A stretch of 64,000 nucleotides of DNA from Negativicutes bacterium. GTDB taxonomy: Bacteria > Bacillota > Negativicutes > UBA1444. This document shows positions 29,919 through 38,981 of this stretch, piece by piece. The stretch covers positions 64,001 through 128,000 of the forward strand of contig CAXXIN010000017.1 of NCBI GenBank assembly GCA_963665275.2. Reading direction: 5' to 3'. The translations under genes and the position numbers were made by a program. Position 1 is the stretch's first letter; each line of letters begins with the position of its first letter. The notes beneath the pieces were generated by a model that saw nothing but the letters and a program-made list of their open reading frames with translations, searched no databases and had not been told where the DNA came from.

Positions 29919-30449
29919 TTACAAACCTTTTTTCTCAAACCAGCGAAACAAGAAGACACTCCCAATCGCAAAAGGAAGTATCACCAACCAGTGGTTTACT
30001 CCCAGAATTTGCGGCAGTGTAATTTTGCCAAAATCCCCCCATTGAAGGACCGTCGCTTTCATCAACGGATACGCCTCAGCGTAAATCGCCGCGCCCGCCA
30101 GCATGCCGGCAATTCCCCAAAGTCCGTCCAAACGTCCTTCACCAACCGCGCCTAGCGAAGTTCCGGGACAATAGCCAAACAGGCCCCAGCCCACCCCGAA
30201 AACCAGGCCACCGATAACCACGGCGCCGACAATCATTGGTTTAACAGAAAGTTTGGCGAGTCCTAGATCGAGAAGAGCATATGTCCCGATCATCCCAACA
30301 ACAATAGCCGTAAGCATGAATTTTACGATGGTCATGTCCAGTAACCGCAGAGCACCAATTTGTTTGTCATAACGGATGACTCGCCCTTTTTGCAGCAGAA
30401 AGCCGAACAAAATGCCTGTCACCAGACCATACATAAGGTCTGTGGTCAT
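29919..30449 (-). CDS. YeeE/YedE sulfur-transport family membrane protein
   Basis: GILFGFLLQ and GWGLFGYCPGT motifs. Confidence 0.88.
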   Translation of the reverse strand: MTTDLMYGLVTGILFGFLLQKGRVIRYDKQIGALRLLDMTIVKFMLTAIVVGMIGTYALLDLGLAKLSVKPMIVGAVVIGGLVFGVGWGLFGYCPGTSLGAVGEGRLDGLWGIAGMLAGAAIYAEAYPLMKATVLQWGDFGKITLPQILGVNHWLVILPFAIGSVFLFRWFEKKGL

Positions 30450-30974
30450 TTTCGTCCACCTCCCCCATAAAGCAAACGGGTTACAACGATGCCACCGATG
30501 AAGAAACAGGTCAACGCTACAAAGCCGCTCACCGCCAACTGGATTGAACCGCTAAGGCCATGTCCGCTGGGACAACCATCAGCCAATCGCGCCCCAAACA
30601 TCGCAATCGTTCCGCCAACAAACGCAACGACGCCCCGCTTGACCACGCTGCTGCCCAAACCGGTCATTCCACATGTCGGGTACCGCCTGCAGACGAAAAC
30701 TGCCGGATGAAGCCGCTGCAATGAACGCCCCGATCAAGATGCCGACGACGAACATCCACTGCCAGTCGATGATTGGTTTTTCCTTGATAAAGTATTCCAT
30801 CTTGGCGACCTTGGCCGGATCGAAAAATTTTTCCAGGAAGCCTGTGCCTCTGACGAAAGTAGTAGATGCGCCGAAATATTTCCCTGCCACCCACACGGAC
30901 CCGATCGAAACCAAACCAGTTAGTGCCCCTGCTACATAAGGGTTCCAGGCTCCAGGGTCATTGGACTTGCGCAT
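30446..30974 (-). CDS. YeeE/YedE family membrane protein (frameshift at ~30660)
   Basis: WNPYVAG, GASTTF and WQWMFVVGILIG, continuing as FGARLADGCPSGHGLSG. Confidence 0.85.
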
Positions 30975-30996
30975 AAGCTCGCCTCCTTCGTACTGT

Positions 30997-31222
30997 TTAC
31001 TGATGGCCTCCGTGGTGGCGGCAACCGCAGCCATTACCGTTGCCGTGACCGTGAACACTCCCACCGCAGGCAGATCTCGTCCCATCTTCCATTACTTTTA
31101 GCTTAGAAACACCACCGCACTTCGGACAGGGAATCTCATAACCGTGCCTCCCACCCTCAGAGCAAGGTTCGACTTGCCAAACATGACCACAGCCCTGCAC
31201 ATTCAAAAGTTCTTTCTCCCAT
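30997..31222 (-). CDS. Small Cys/His-rich zinc-ribbon protein
   Basis: MGERTFECAG(fs)CGHVW...CPKCG...CGG..HGHGNGNGCGCRHH, with a GAGGAG RBS. Confidence 0.7.
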
Positions 31223-31248
31223 TATTAAACACTCCTCATTTTATTATA

Positions 31249-31268
31249 GTTAGAACTATATTTCATAA
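31249..31268. promoter_or_regulatory. 20-bp palindromic operator candidate (TTATGAAATATAGTTCTAAC on the minus strand) next to a TATAAT -10
   Basis: A second copy, TTACGAAATATTGTTCATTT, lies at 31731-31750. Confidence 0.55.
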
Positions 31269-31286
31269 CCAGCTTAAAAAACCTTC

Positions 31287-31715
31287 CTATTTGCTTCTCA
31301 CCGCCTCTTGTGCACCACAAACAGGGCAGTGCATCCGGCACCCGCGTTCTCCTGTTCCTTTGGGAACTGTCCAGATATGTCCACAAGCGCCGCAACGGAA
31401 TTCTCGCTCTCCCCTCACAATACTTCACCCTGAACGTGCCGCCTTCCACCCTTAGCGATTTACCCCTGCCAGAGGGCTTGCGCAATTTTGGTATGCGCTT
31501 TGGTCAGAATGCGATGAAAAGTCGGCCGTGAAATCCCCATCCGCAACGAGGCCGGTCCCTGATCCAATTCCTCCACGTCGGCGAGACGGATTGCTTCCAT
31601 TTCTTCGACTGTGATCACCATTTCATCGACTGCAAAAAGTGGAACGCCGGGCAGGCTTTAAACAGGGTCTACTGGTGGCATTTTTGTCGATGTGACGTTC
31701 TTTAATCGGACGCAT
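31287..31715 (-). CDS. DUF134 (UPF0251) HTH protein with C-terminal zinc ribbon (frameshifted)
   Basis: MRPIKER...EEMEAIRLAD...MGISRPTFHRIL..AHTKIAQAL, KSLRVEGG, CGACGHIW...CPVCG. Confidence 0.85.
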
Positions 31716-31730
31716 TCATTCTCGACCTCA

Positions 31731-31781
31731 TTACGAAATATTGTTCATTTTCATTATAGGAAAATTACCAACTCAAGTCAA
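31731..31781 (-). promoter_or_regulatory. Promoter TTGACT-17-TATAAT with a 20-bp operator candidate at the start site of the DUF134 gene
   Basis: agtcaa at ~31776-31781, attata at ~31753-31758, operator at 31731-31750. Confidence 0.65.
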
Positions 31782-31847
31782 TCGCGCTATACGAACAAAA
31801 AACTGACGAATTCAGCATTTTGGTCATAAGCACCTACATTGGACAAA

Positions 31848-32288
31848 TTAATCTTTAACAACCACTACAGGCACATGCGCCAGACTTACCAATTTTCGGG
31901 CCACACTTCCGATCAACAACGCTTCAAGTTGGCCATGCCCTTTGGCGCCTGTAACGATCATGTCAACCTGGTGCTGCTCAGGCGTATGAAAGAATTTCCC
32001 CCGCAAACATCGCCCCTCAAGAATCTCGCCCCTTACAATGACTCCTCTATTCTTTCCAACCGCAACCGCTTCGTCTATCATCCTCTGGTCATCCCGGCGA
32101 ATTTCTTCAAGCGCCACCAGAACGCTGGCTCCTGGTTCAGCCGTATCATATAAACTGCTTTCTCCAAAAACCTTTACAGCCAAAACTTCCGCTCCTGAAA
32201 GAAGGCTTAAATCAATGGCCCAGTTCAGTGCTTTTTTGCTGTGGCCCGACCCATCATATGCGACCAGGATTTTCTTCAATAGCTGCAT
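31848..32288 (-). CDS. Universal stress protein (UspA family)
   Basis: KILVAYDGS, DMIVTGAKG, LIGSVARKLV. A short internal out-of-frame patch is present. Confidence 0.9.
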   Translation of the reverse strand: MQLLKKILVAYDGSGHSKKALNWAIDLSLLSGAEVLAVKVFGESSLYDTAEPGASVLVALEEIRRDDQRMIDEAVAVGKNRGVIVRGEILEGRCLRGKFFHTPEQHQVDMIVTGAKGHGQLEALLIGSVARKLVSLAHVPVVVVKD

Positions 32289-32334
32289 TTTTCAAGATCC
32301 TCCCCTGTGCTAATTTGGGGCTTCGCTTTCGGTA

Positions 32335-33105
32335 TTAGCGTTTGTACAGAGGGGTCAACGCATCGATTTCTATAAAATCCATTTGCGCTGAATGTTTCTC
32401 AGACAGATGAAGAACAGCAACACAGCAAATCCGCTGAGAACCGTCACATTGACCCCCAAATCCCATTATTCCGGTGTGCGTTAACGCTCCGTTCAGCATA
32501 TCCACGCCATAGGTAAGCGGCAGGCAATAAGACAACGGACGCAAATAAGCTGGCAAAATGGCAATTGGAATGAACAGGCCGCACAAAAATAGCATCGGGA
32601 AGCGAAAAAAGTTGGAAAAGGTTTGCGCTTCAAAAATTTCTTTAGCTGAAATTGCGATAAACAAACCAAGCAACGTAGATGTAATGGCAATGAACAACAC
32701 GCCAATCAAAACAGTGCCCCAGTGAACGCCGGACAAATCAATAAAAAATGCGGCAAAAACCGCCGGCACAAATGCGTTGAGAATGCCAAACAGCATGGAA
32801 CCCACAGTTTTGGCCAACACCATAGCATTCAGGCTTATGGGAGCAAGCAACAACCGCTCGAAAGAGCGCCCACGCCGTTCAAAAGTGATGGTTACCGCCA
32901 GCATGGAGGTCGTCCCGAACAGAACGCTCATAGCCATGAGTCCGGGAAGGATCTCGATGATTTCCACCGACTCTTTGGATCGAATCAACAACATCAGGGT
33001 CCACGCGAGTGGAAAGATGATCCCCCAGCTGATGTTAGGCGGTTTCAGGTAGTAGTTTTGAATGTCTTTCTGAATAATGCTCCAAAAGGCCACCCATGTT
33101 TTCAT
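32335..33105 (-). CDS. ABC-2 type exporter permease (C-terminus probably frameshifted)
   Basis: Six TM segments, FERLLLAP and LPLTY motifs. Confidence 0.85.
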   Translation of the reverse strand: MKTWVAFWSIIQKDIQNYYLKPPNISWGIIFPLAWTLMLLIRSKESVEIIEILPGLMAMSVLFGTTSMLAVTITFERRGRSFERLLLAPISLNAMVLAKTVGSMLFGILNAFVPAVFAAFFIDLSGVHWGTVLIGVLFIAITSTLLGLFIAISAKEIFEAQTFSNFFRFPMLFLCGLFIPIAILPAYLRPLSYCLPLTYGVDMLNGALTHTGIMGFGGQCDGSQRICCVAVLHLSEKHSAQMDFIEIDALTPLYKR

Positions 33106-34067
33106 TTTTGGGCCCCCTCCTTTTCCTGACCCAGTTTCCCTGCTGCAATGCCCGTTATTTTGACGAACACATCCTCCAACGTCGGCCGCATTTCCGCCGC
33201 CTCATAGACTGTGACGCCCTGGCCGTCGAGATATTGCAGTACCGGTAGAAGATTTACGGGTTCAGCGGAGACAATCAGACAGGACTTCTCTCCCTGGGCT
33301 TCAACCCGGTAAGCGGGAAAAGCCCGTTGAAAAAAGAGCTCCGTCTTCTTCACACTTTCACTCAAAGTCAGTCGGACGATGTGTTTCTGTTCAGCGTTTT
33401 GCATCAGTTCATCCACTGTCCCCGTCTTGACGATCCGTCCGTCGACGATAAAGGCTATCCGGTCACAGAGCCGCTGCGCATCTTCAATGTGGTGGGTAGT
33501 CAAAAAAATCGTTGTTCCCTTTTGTTTCATCTCTAAAATCAGCGCTCTGATCTGTCTGGCGCTCTCCACATCGATGCCGGTGGTCAATTCGTCGATGAAC
33601 AGAATCTTCGGATCATGAATAAGCCCCGCAGCAATAGTCAGCTTGCGGCGCATGCCTTTGGAGTAGGCTTTAAACGGCCGCTTTCCCGCACTTGTTAAGT
33701 TAAACTGCGCCAATAACTCCTGCGCCTTTTTTTCACGCTCGGCCCTTCGCATGCCATATAGCGCTGCGCAAAAGCAAAGATTGTCGAACCCGTTCATGTC
33801 ATCATACAGATTGTTTTCGTCGGCAACAACGCCCATAATACCCTGGGCCTTTTTTATCTCCCGCACCGCGTCAATGCCATCAATGGTGATAGCGCCGCAA
33901 GACGGCCTGGACAGACCGATCAGCATATTGATGGTCGAAGTTTTTCCTGCGCCGTTGGGACCTAAGAAGCCAAAAATTTCCCCTGGCTCGATTTGAAAGC
34001 AAACGTCATTAACTGCTTTAACATCGCCGTAGAATTTACTGAGATTTGCAACGGTGACGATAGACAT
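33102..34067 (-). CDS. ABC exporter ATP-binding protein
   Basis: GPNGAGKTS, YSKGMRRK, TLEDVF. Confidence 0.9.
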   Translation of the reverse strand: MSIVTVANLSKFYGDVKAVNDVCFQIEPGEIFGFLGPNGAGKTSTINMLIGLSRPSCGAITIDGIDAVREIKKAQGIMGVVADENNLYDDMNGFDNLCFCAALYGMRRAEREKKAQELLAQFNLTSAGKRPFKAYSKGMRRKLTIAAGLIHDPKILFIDELTTGIDVESARQIRALILEMKQKGTTIFLTTHHIEDAQRLCDRIAFIVDGRIVKTGTVDELMQNAEQKHIVRLTLSESVKKTELFFQRAFPAYRVEAQGEKSCLIVSAEPVNLLPVLQYLDGQGVTVYEAAEMRPTLEDVFVKITGIAAGKLGQEKEGAQK

Positions 34068-34234
34068 TCCAACGTCCCCTTCCTGGCATTTCAAATGAAC
34101 CGATCACAGACTTGCACACATCCGTGAATGACTCCATTGAAAATATTGAATCAGCATTTACGCAAGAATATTAATTAGTAAAATTCGCGAGTGCCAAAAT
34201 ATCTATATTGCTAACTATATTTTACAATGTTATT

Positions 34235-34253
34235 ATTAAGTTGTCACTTAAAT
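34235..34253. promoter_or_regulatory. Probable ArsR-family operator TTAAGT-N4-ACTTAA
   Basis: Palindrome immediately upstream of the arsR-like gene and just after a TACAAT -10. Confidence 0.55.
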
Positions 34254-34271
34254 AGTTTCCCGGAGGCGCAT

Positions 34272-34739
34272 ATGGAATTATTCGAAACACTCAAGCTTTT
34301 AGCCGATGAAACTCGTTTTAAGATTATCCAACTGCTATTGTCGCAGGATCTGTGTGTCGGTGCCTTGGCCAAAAGACTGGACATATCCGACGCCGCTGTA
34401 TCGCAGCACCTGCAAATTTTACGCAAAGGAAGCTTATTGAAGGGGGAAAAGCGCGGTTATTGGACACATTACGCCGTCGAAAGAACAGCACTCGAACAGG
34501 TGGCAGAACAACTGAAAGCCTATGCCAATTCACCGGCAATTCGCCAATCCAATTGTCAAAAACTTTCCGTACGTCGAAGTGATATTACAGGGAGGGGTAA
34601 AACCATGTGTAAATGCAACTGTGAACAACCTGACAAACTCAAGGAAACCCCGGAAAAGTGCAGCCAGGAACAAATTAAAGAATGTCATGGCGACCAGAAA
34701 CCGCATCCCTGCGAAGGCGAAAAAAACAAGGACAGCTAG
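34272..34739 (+). CDS. ArsR/SmtB regulator with Cys/His-rich C-terminal extension
   Basis: LADETRFKII, LCVGALA, SQHLQILR, KRGYWTHY; tail MCKCNC...C...CHG...HPC. Confidence 0.9.
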   Translation: MELFETLKLLADETRFKIIQLLLSQDLCVGALAKRLDISDAAVSQHLQILRKGSLLKGEKRGYWTHYAVERTALEQVAEQLKAYANSPAIRQSNCQKLSVRRSDITGRGKTMCKCNCEQPDKLKETPEKCSQEQIKECHGDQKPHPCEGEKNKDS

Positions 34740-34750
34740 GAGACGTCAAC

Positions 34751-35230
34751 GTGGATATTTTGTTCTTTTATGGGCTGGCAATAGCCGGAGTACTTTGGTC
34801 CTATACGAAGGACCGTCAAAAAACCAAACAGTCGCTAAAAAAAGCCTGGAAATCATTTGAAACCATCTTGCCGGCCTTCGCACTGATTCTACTACTCATC
34901 GGCGCTTCCATGGCCGCTGTGTCCCCTTCATCTGTCACCCGTCTGCTCGGTTCAGGCTCCGGAGCGTATGGCATGCTGATCGCCGCCGCAATCGGTTCGA
35001 TCACGCTAATACCGGGATTCATCGCTTTTCCGCTCGCCAAGGCTGTTCTGGATATGGGAGCTGGCATTATGCAGGTGGCTGTATTCATTTCAACTCTGAT
35101 GATGGTCGGTGTGGTGACAGCGCCGATGGAGATTCAGTTTTTTAGCCGCAAAACCATGCTCCTGCGAAACGGGTTAAGCCTGCTGTTTTCCTTTTTGGTT
35201 GCTTTTGTCATCGGAAAGGTGGTGGGCTGA
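34751..35230 (+). CDS. Predicted permease, subunit 1 (ArsP/DUF318-like)
   Basis: Hydrophobic, GSITLIPGFIAFPLA motif. GTG start with an AGGAG RBS. Confidence 0.75.
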   Translation: MDILFFYGLAIAGVLWSYTKDRQKTKQSLKKAWKSFETILPAFALILLLIGASMAAVSPSSVTRLLGSGSGAYGMLIAAAIGSITLIPGFIAFPLAKAVLDMGAGIMQVAVFISTLMMVGVVTAPMEIQFFSRKTMLLRNGLSLLFSFLVAFVIGKVVG

Positions 35231-35231
35231 A

Positions 35232-35762
35232 ATGGTGCAATTTATCCGATATAAATGGGTGTTGCTGGCTTTGTTGGCAGATATCGGTCTCTATCTCTGG
35301 AACCCTTCGCTCGGTCAGCAGATTGCCGTGCACACCGGACAAATCTTTTTGGAAATGCTCAGTTTTATCCCGCCAATTTTTGTGCTGCTTGGCCTTCTGG
35401 ACACTTGGGTACCACGCGAGCAGGTAATGAAACATCTTGGCGCTAACTCCGGGCTGAGGGGAATCACCCTCGCCACCTTTCTGGGCGCAGCTGCCGCCGG
35501 TCCCCTGTACGGTGCTTTCCCTGTGTCGGCGGTGATGATGAAGAAGGGCGCAAGTTTTTTCAATGTCATGATCTTTCTTGGAGCCTGGGCGACCCTGAAA
35601 ATCCCCATGTTCCTATTTGAAACTCAGTTCTTGGGATTATTGTTTTCAGTGACCCGCTGGATTTGCAGCTTGGTGGGTGTTGTGCTCATTGCTCTGGCTA
35701 TTGACCATCTGCAGTCTGGAGCGGAAAAACTAGCAATCTCAGCCAAATATCGACAACCCTGA
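35232..35762 (+). CDS. Predicted permease, subunit 2 (ArsP/DUF318-like)
   Basis: GLLDTWVP, GPLYGAFP and KIPMFLFE motifs. Confidence 0.75.
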   Translation: MVQFIRYKWVLLALLADIGLYLWNPSLGQQIAVHTGQIFLEMLSFIPPIFVLLGLLDTWVPREQVMKHLGANSGLRGITLATFLGAAAAGPLYGAFPVSAVMMKKGASFFNVMIFLGAWATLKIPMFLFETQFLGLLFSVTRWICSLVGVVLIALAIDHLQSGAEKLAISAKYRQP

Positions 35763-35786
35763 CGCAAAAACCATCTGAAACTATGG

Positions 35787-35814
35787 AAGGACGCCGCAAG
35801 GCGTCCTTATTTGA
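35787..35814 (+). terminator. Intrinsic terminator
   Basis: AAGGACGCC-GCAA-GGCGTCCTT followed by ATTT. Confidence 0.75.
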
Positions 35815-35890
35815 CTTTCAAACCAATTATCTTCATTGCCACACCTGCCCATATTCCAACGCACGTGTTTTCCTTCTTCCCACTGCACTC

Positions 35891-35930
35891 TTTCACACTT
35901 TCGTTACAGTTGCTTCACAGCATTGTTACA
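35891..35930 (+). promoter_or_regulatory. Four tandem half-sites with 11-bp period (TTCACA/GTTACA), OmpR-family binding site candidate
   Basis: Half-sites at 35892, 35903, 35914 and 35925, with a -10-like TATCAT at 35940. Confidence 0.65.
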
Positions 35931-35980
35931 AGTTTACTCTATCATGAAAACAGGAAAGATTGAGTTGGAGATGGGTGAAC

Positions 35981-36901
35981 ATGAAGGCAATCAGAATGGT
36001 CTGTGTAATTTCAGCCACCGCGCTGCTGATCGGGTTGCCCCTAACGGGTCTAGCCGGGACAAGAACGATTGTTAACATTAAATCTATAGACGAAACGATT
36101 GTGACGAAAACAGCTGCAACCTTTCCGGCGGCAAAAGAGCCACAAAGAGCCGCCTGCTCTTTGGCAACCCAGTTCATCGGCTCGGCCGGTATCTATGCCA
36201 AGAATTTAAAAACCGGCCAGGTGGTGTCCTACAATGAAAATCAGGTGTTTGCCGCGGCCTCTACCATCAAAGTGCCCGTATCCGTCGTTGTTTACAACCA
36301 CTTCTACAAGGACGCCGAAGAATCCCAACGGCACATGTATGACGTCGGAGTGGAACTGATGATGACGATCAGCGACAATGACTATTTCGCCGATTTTTTG
36401 GACGAAATCGAAGAAAAGATGGGTTCAGATGCCATCCGCCAAAACTTTGCCAAGATCGGACTCACGCAAACCACCATTCGCGACGCGCAGTCCAGGCAAA
36501 CTTATGGCTACTCCAACACCACCACCGCAAAAGACATGGCGCTGTTTTTTGAACAGTTGTATGCAGGAAAGCTCTTGCCGCCCGATAAAACTAAATTCAT
36601 GACAGACGCGTTGTCCCATACTATTTTCCCGGACGAACTGGCCCGTTACATGCAGGACCGCCACGTACTCCACAAAATTGGCGAACTGGACAATGTGCTG
36701 GCTGATGTCGGCATCGTTGAAGGCCCGAACGGCCCGATCCTCATTAGCATCTTTACGGAAACAGAACTGGACTCCGACTACGCCAGCGATCAGATCGCTG
36801 CCTTGTCCGCCTGCATCTACAGCCGCCTGACCGGAGAAACAACCGCCTGGCAAGGAAAGCCGACGCCCATATTGGATGGAACTATTGCGTTGGCCCGATA
36901 A
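35981..36901 (+). CDS. Exported serine hydrolase of class A beta-lactamase fold
   Basis: Signal peptide; ASTIK (SxxK), SDN and HKIG motifs. Confidence 0.85.
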   Translation: MKAIRMVCVISATALLIGLPLTGLAGTRTIVNIKSIDETIVTKTAATFPAAKEPQRAACSLATQFIGSAGIYAKNLKTGQVVSYNENQVFAAASTIKVPVSVVVYNHFYKDAEESQRHMYDVGVELMMTISDNDYFADFLDEIEEKMGSDAIRQNFAKIGLTQTTIRDAQSRQTYGYSNTTTAKDMALFFEQLYAGKLLPPDKTKFMTDALSHTIFPDELARYMQDRHVLHKIGELDNVLADVGIVEGPNGPILISIFTETELDSDYASDQIAALSACIYSRLTGETTAWQGKPTPILDGTIALAR

Positions 36902-36939
36902 TCAGCAATGAATAAAAAAAATTATAGGGAGGGATAACC

Positions 36940-37179
36940 ATGTCAAGGAAAATGAACTATTTAATGCTCTTCTTGATTGCGTTAGTATCATTATTTTCTT
37001 TCGCACCATCGGTTGTGGCCGGACCCGCCGAAGACGAGTTATTCACAGCGCCGAATTCGTATGGCATTCCCACTGACAGCTTCGACGACTTTGTCTCGTA
37101 CGTGTTGCAGCTGTTGACTTCCACTCTGTCGATCGATGCACGATGCGCGCCCTCCGCCGTGTCCATATTTAACCACTGA
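36940..37179 (+). CDS. Small exported hypothetical protein (possibly truncated)
   Basis: GGGAGAGG RBS and a signal peptide; no recognised domain. Confidence 0.5.
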   Translation: MSRKMNYLMLFLIALVSLFSFAPSVVAGPAEDELFTAPNSYGIPTDSFDDFVSYVLQLLTSTLSIDARCAPSAVSIFNH

Positions 37180-37237
37180 CAAACGATAAAATGGTTTCTT
37201 GTTAAGGAGAGGATTCATTATCAAGGAGGATTTAGCA

Positions 37238-37774
37238 GTGTCTAAGGTGAAAGTCTTCTTACTTTTAGTTGTGATTCTTTCACTGCTCATTACAGGCTGC
37301 GATCTGGGCGCTCCGCCGCAAAAGACTCCGATCACAGCTCCTGCCGACTCTCCCCCACAGATTACACCGGCGTCCTCTGCGGAATCTGCTGATGTCAATG
37401 CTGTGGTTCAATCTGTCGTCCAAGCTTTTCTGTCCAACGATTTCACCGCTGCGCAAAAAGTCATGCTGCTGCTCCCCGCCGAACAGGCAGATCCCAAAAC
37501 GCAGCGCATGTTCGCGGACTTTTCGCTCCACCTGAACAAACGTCTGGCTCTTGAAGCGAAAGATGCAGGCGTGAAGACTCCCGTCACTTCCATATCTGTA
37601 TCCAATCTCCGAGCCGCAGAAACAGGAGTCATGTTGGCCGATGTATCCATCCGGGCTGCAGAGGAACTGGAGGCGTTGACCTTGACGGTTAAGGCGACCC
37701 AGATGTCCGGCGTCTGGCTGGTGGATTTTGCCCCATTTATGCTGGCGCTGATGGATGCGCTGGGCGAAGAATAG
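37238..37774 (+). CDS. Hypothetical lipoprotein
   Basis: GGAGG RBS, GTG start, lipobox LITGC, Pro/Ala linker. Confidence 0.7.
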   Translation: MSKVKVFLLLVVILSLLITGCDLGAPPQKTPITAPADSPPQITPASSAESADVNAVVQSVVQAFLSNDFTAAQKVMLLLPAEQADPKTQRMFADFSLHLNKRLALEAKDAGVKTPVTSISVSNLRAAETGVMLADVSIRAAEELEALTLTVKATQMSGVWLVDFAPFMLALMDALGEE

Positions 37775-37802
37775 GAACGAAGAAGATGAGGCAGGGATGG
37801 AT

Positions 37803-38981
37803 ATGCGTTTAGACTGGGTAAAAAACAGAAAAAAATCATGGATGATTGGAGCCTCTGTTCTGCTGCTATTGGTTGTTGGCTGGTTTCTTTATGCCAAAGG
37901 GCCACTGGGGCCGACCAGGGTCACCGTAGCAAACGTGCAAAAGCAATCCTTCAAAGCTGGAGTCTTCGGCATTGGGACCGTTGATGCCCGACTGACCTAC
38001 GCCATCGGCCCCACACAGGCCGGTCGCGTTCTCAAAGTATTCGCCGATCAGGGAGACAAAGTGGCTGCCGGTAAAGTTCTGGGCGAGATGGACCCGGTGG
38101 ATCTGGAGCAAAAAATATCCAGTGCCGCCGCTTCTGTGGCCAAATCGCAAAGTGCGCTCCTGGTTTCGGAAGCCTTGGTCCGGGATGCAGCCAGCCGGAA
38201 CAAGCTGGCCCAGGCAAGCGCCGATCGATATAATGCGCTGTTTAAAGCCAATGCTATCAGCCAGGAAACAGTTGATGTGAAAAATAATGAAGCCAATACC
38301 ACGCGGGCATCGCACGAATCTGCCCTGGCTTTGCTGGAATCGGCCCGAGGTGAAATATCGCGGGCCACTGCTGAATATGCCGCCCTCATCAGTCAGCGCA
38401 ACAACCTGCAGCTCATCAGCCCCGTTGACGGCCTCGTCGTCTCCCGCGACGCCGAACCAGGCGCCACCGTGGTAGCCGGCCAGTCGGTTTTTCGTCTGGT
38501 TGATCCCAGCACTGTCTGGATACGGACTCGCGTCGATCAGGCCCGCTTCCATGGAATCTCTGTGGGACAACCTGCCGCCATCGTTCTGAGATCCCGCCCG
38601 GACAAAATATTGCCCGGCAAAGTTGCCCGGTTGGAAGTCCAGGCCGACAGCGTCACTGAAGAGCGCTTTGTTGACGTCGTGTTCAATGAAGCCCCCGGGG
38701 CTCTTCCCCTCGGCGAACTGGCGGAAGTGACCATCGACTTTCCAGTGATTCCTGACGCCATCGTAGTACCGGCGGCGGCATTGAAGAAGCAGGGAAAGCA
38801 AAATGGCGTCTGGATGGTAGATGGCGGTCGCCTGCGTTTTCAACCGGTAGATATTGGAGCACAGTCACTTGATGGAAAAATCCAGATACTCAAGGGCCTG
38901 AGTCCTGAAGACACTGTGGTAGTCTACAGCCAGCAACTGCTCAGCGAAGGTCTGAAAGTCCGAGCCGAGAAAAAGCCATGA
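37803..38981 (+). CDS. MacA-like efflux periplasmic adaptor
   Basis: GRVLKVFADQGDKV and ISPVDGLV motifs with a coiled-coil hairpin. Confidence 0.9.
   Translation: MRLDWVKNRKKSWMIGASVLLLLVVGWFLYAKGPLGPTRVTVANVQKQSFKAGVFGIGTVDARLTYAIGPTQAGRVLKVFADQGDKVAAGKVLGEMDPVDLEQKISSAAASVAKSQSALLVSEALVRDAASRNKLAQASADRYNALFKANAISQETVDVKNNEANTTRASHESALALLESARGEISRATAEYAALISQRNNLQLISPVDGLVVSRDAEPGATVVAGQSVFRLVDPSTVWIRTRVDQARFHGISVGQPAAIVLRSRPDKILPGKVARLEVQADSVTEERFVDVVFNEAPGALPLGELAEVTIDFPVIPDAIVVPAAALKKQGKQNGVWMVDGGRLRFQPVDIGAQSLDGKIQILKGLSPEDTVVVYSQQLLSEGLKVRAEKKP

Noticed and set aside
659-32470. Programmed frameshifting or phase variation in the broken genes
   Set aside because: There are several insertions per gene in short 2-7 nt runs across unrelated genes, with no consistent slippery site. 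Sequencing error is the simpler explanation.
35981-36901. Bona fide class A beta-lactamase resistance gene
   Set aside because: It has SxxK and SDN but KIG instead of KTG and no evident omega-loop ExxLN motif, so only the fold is supported.
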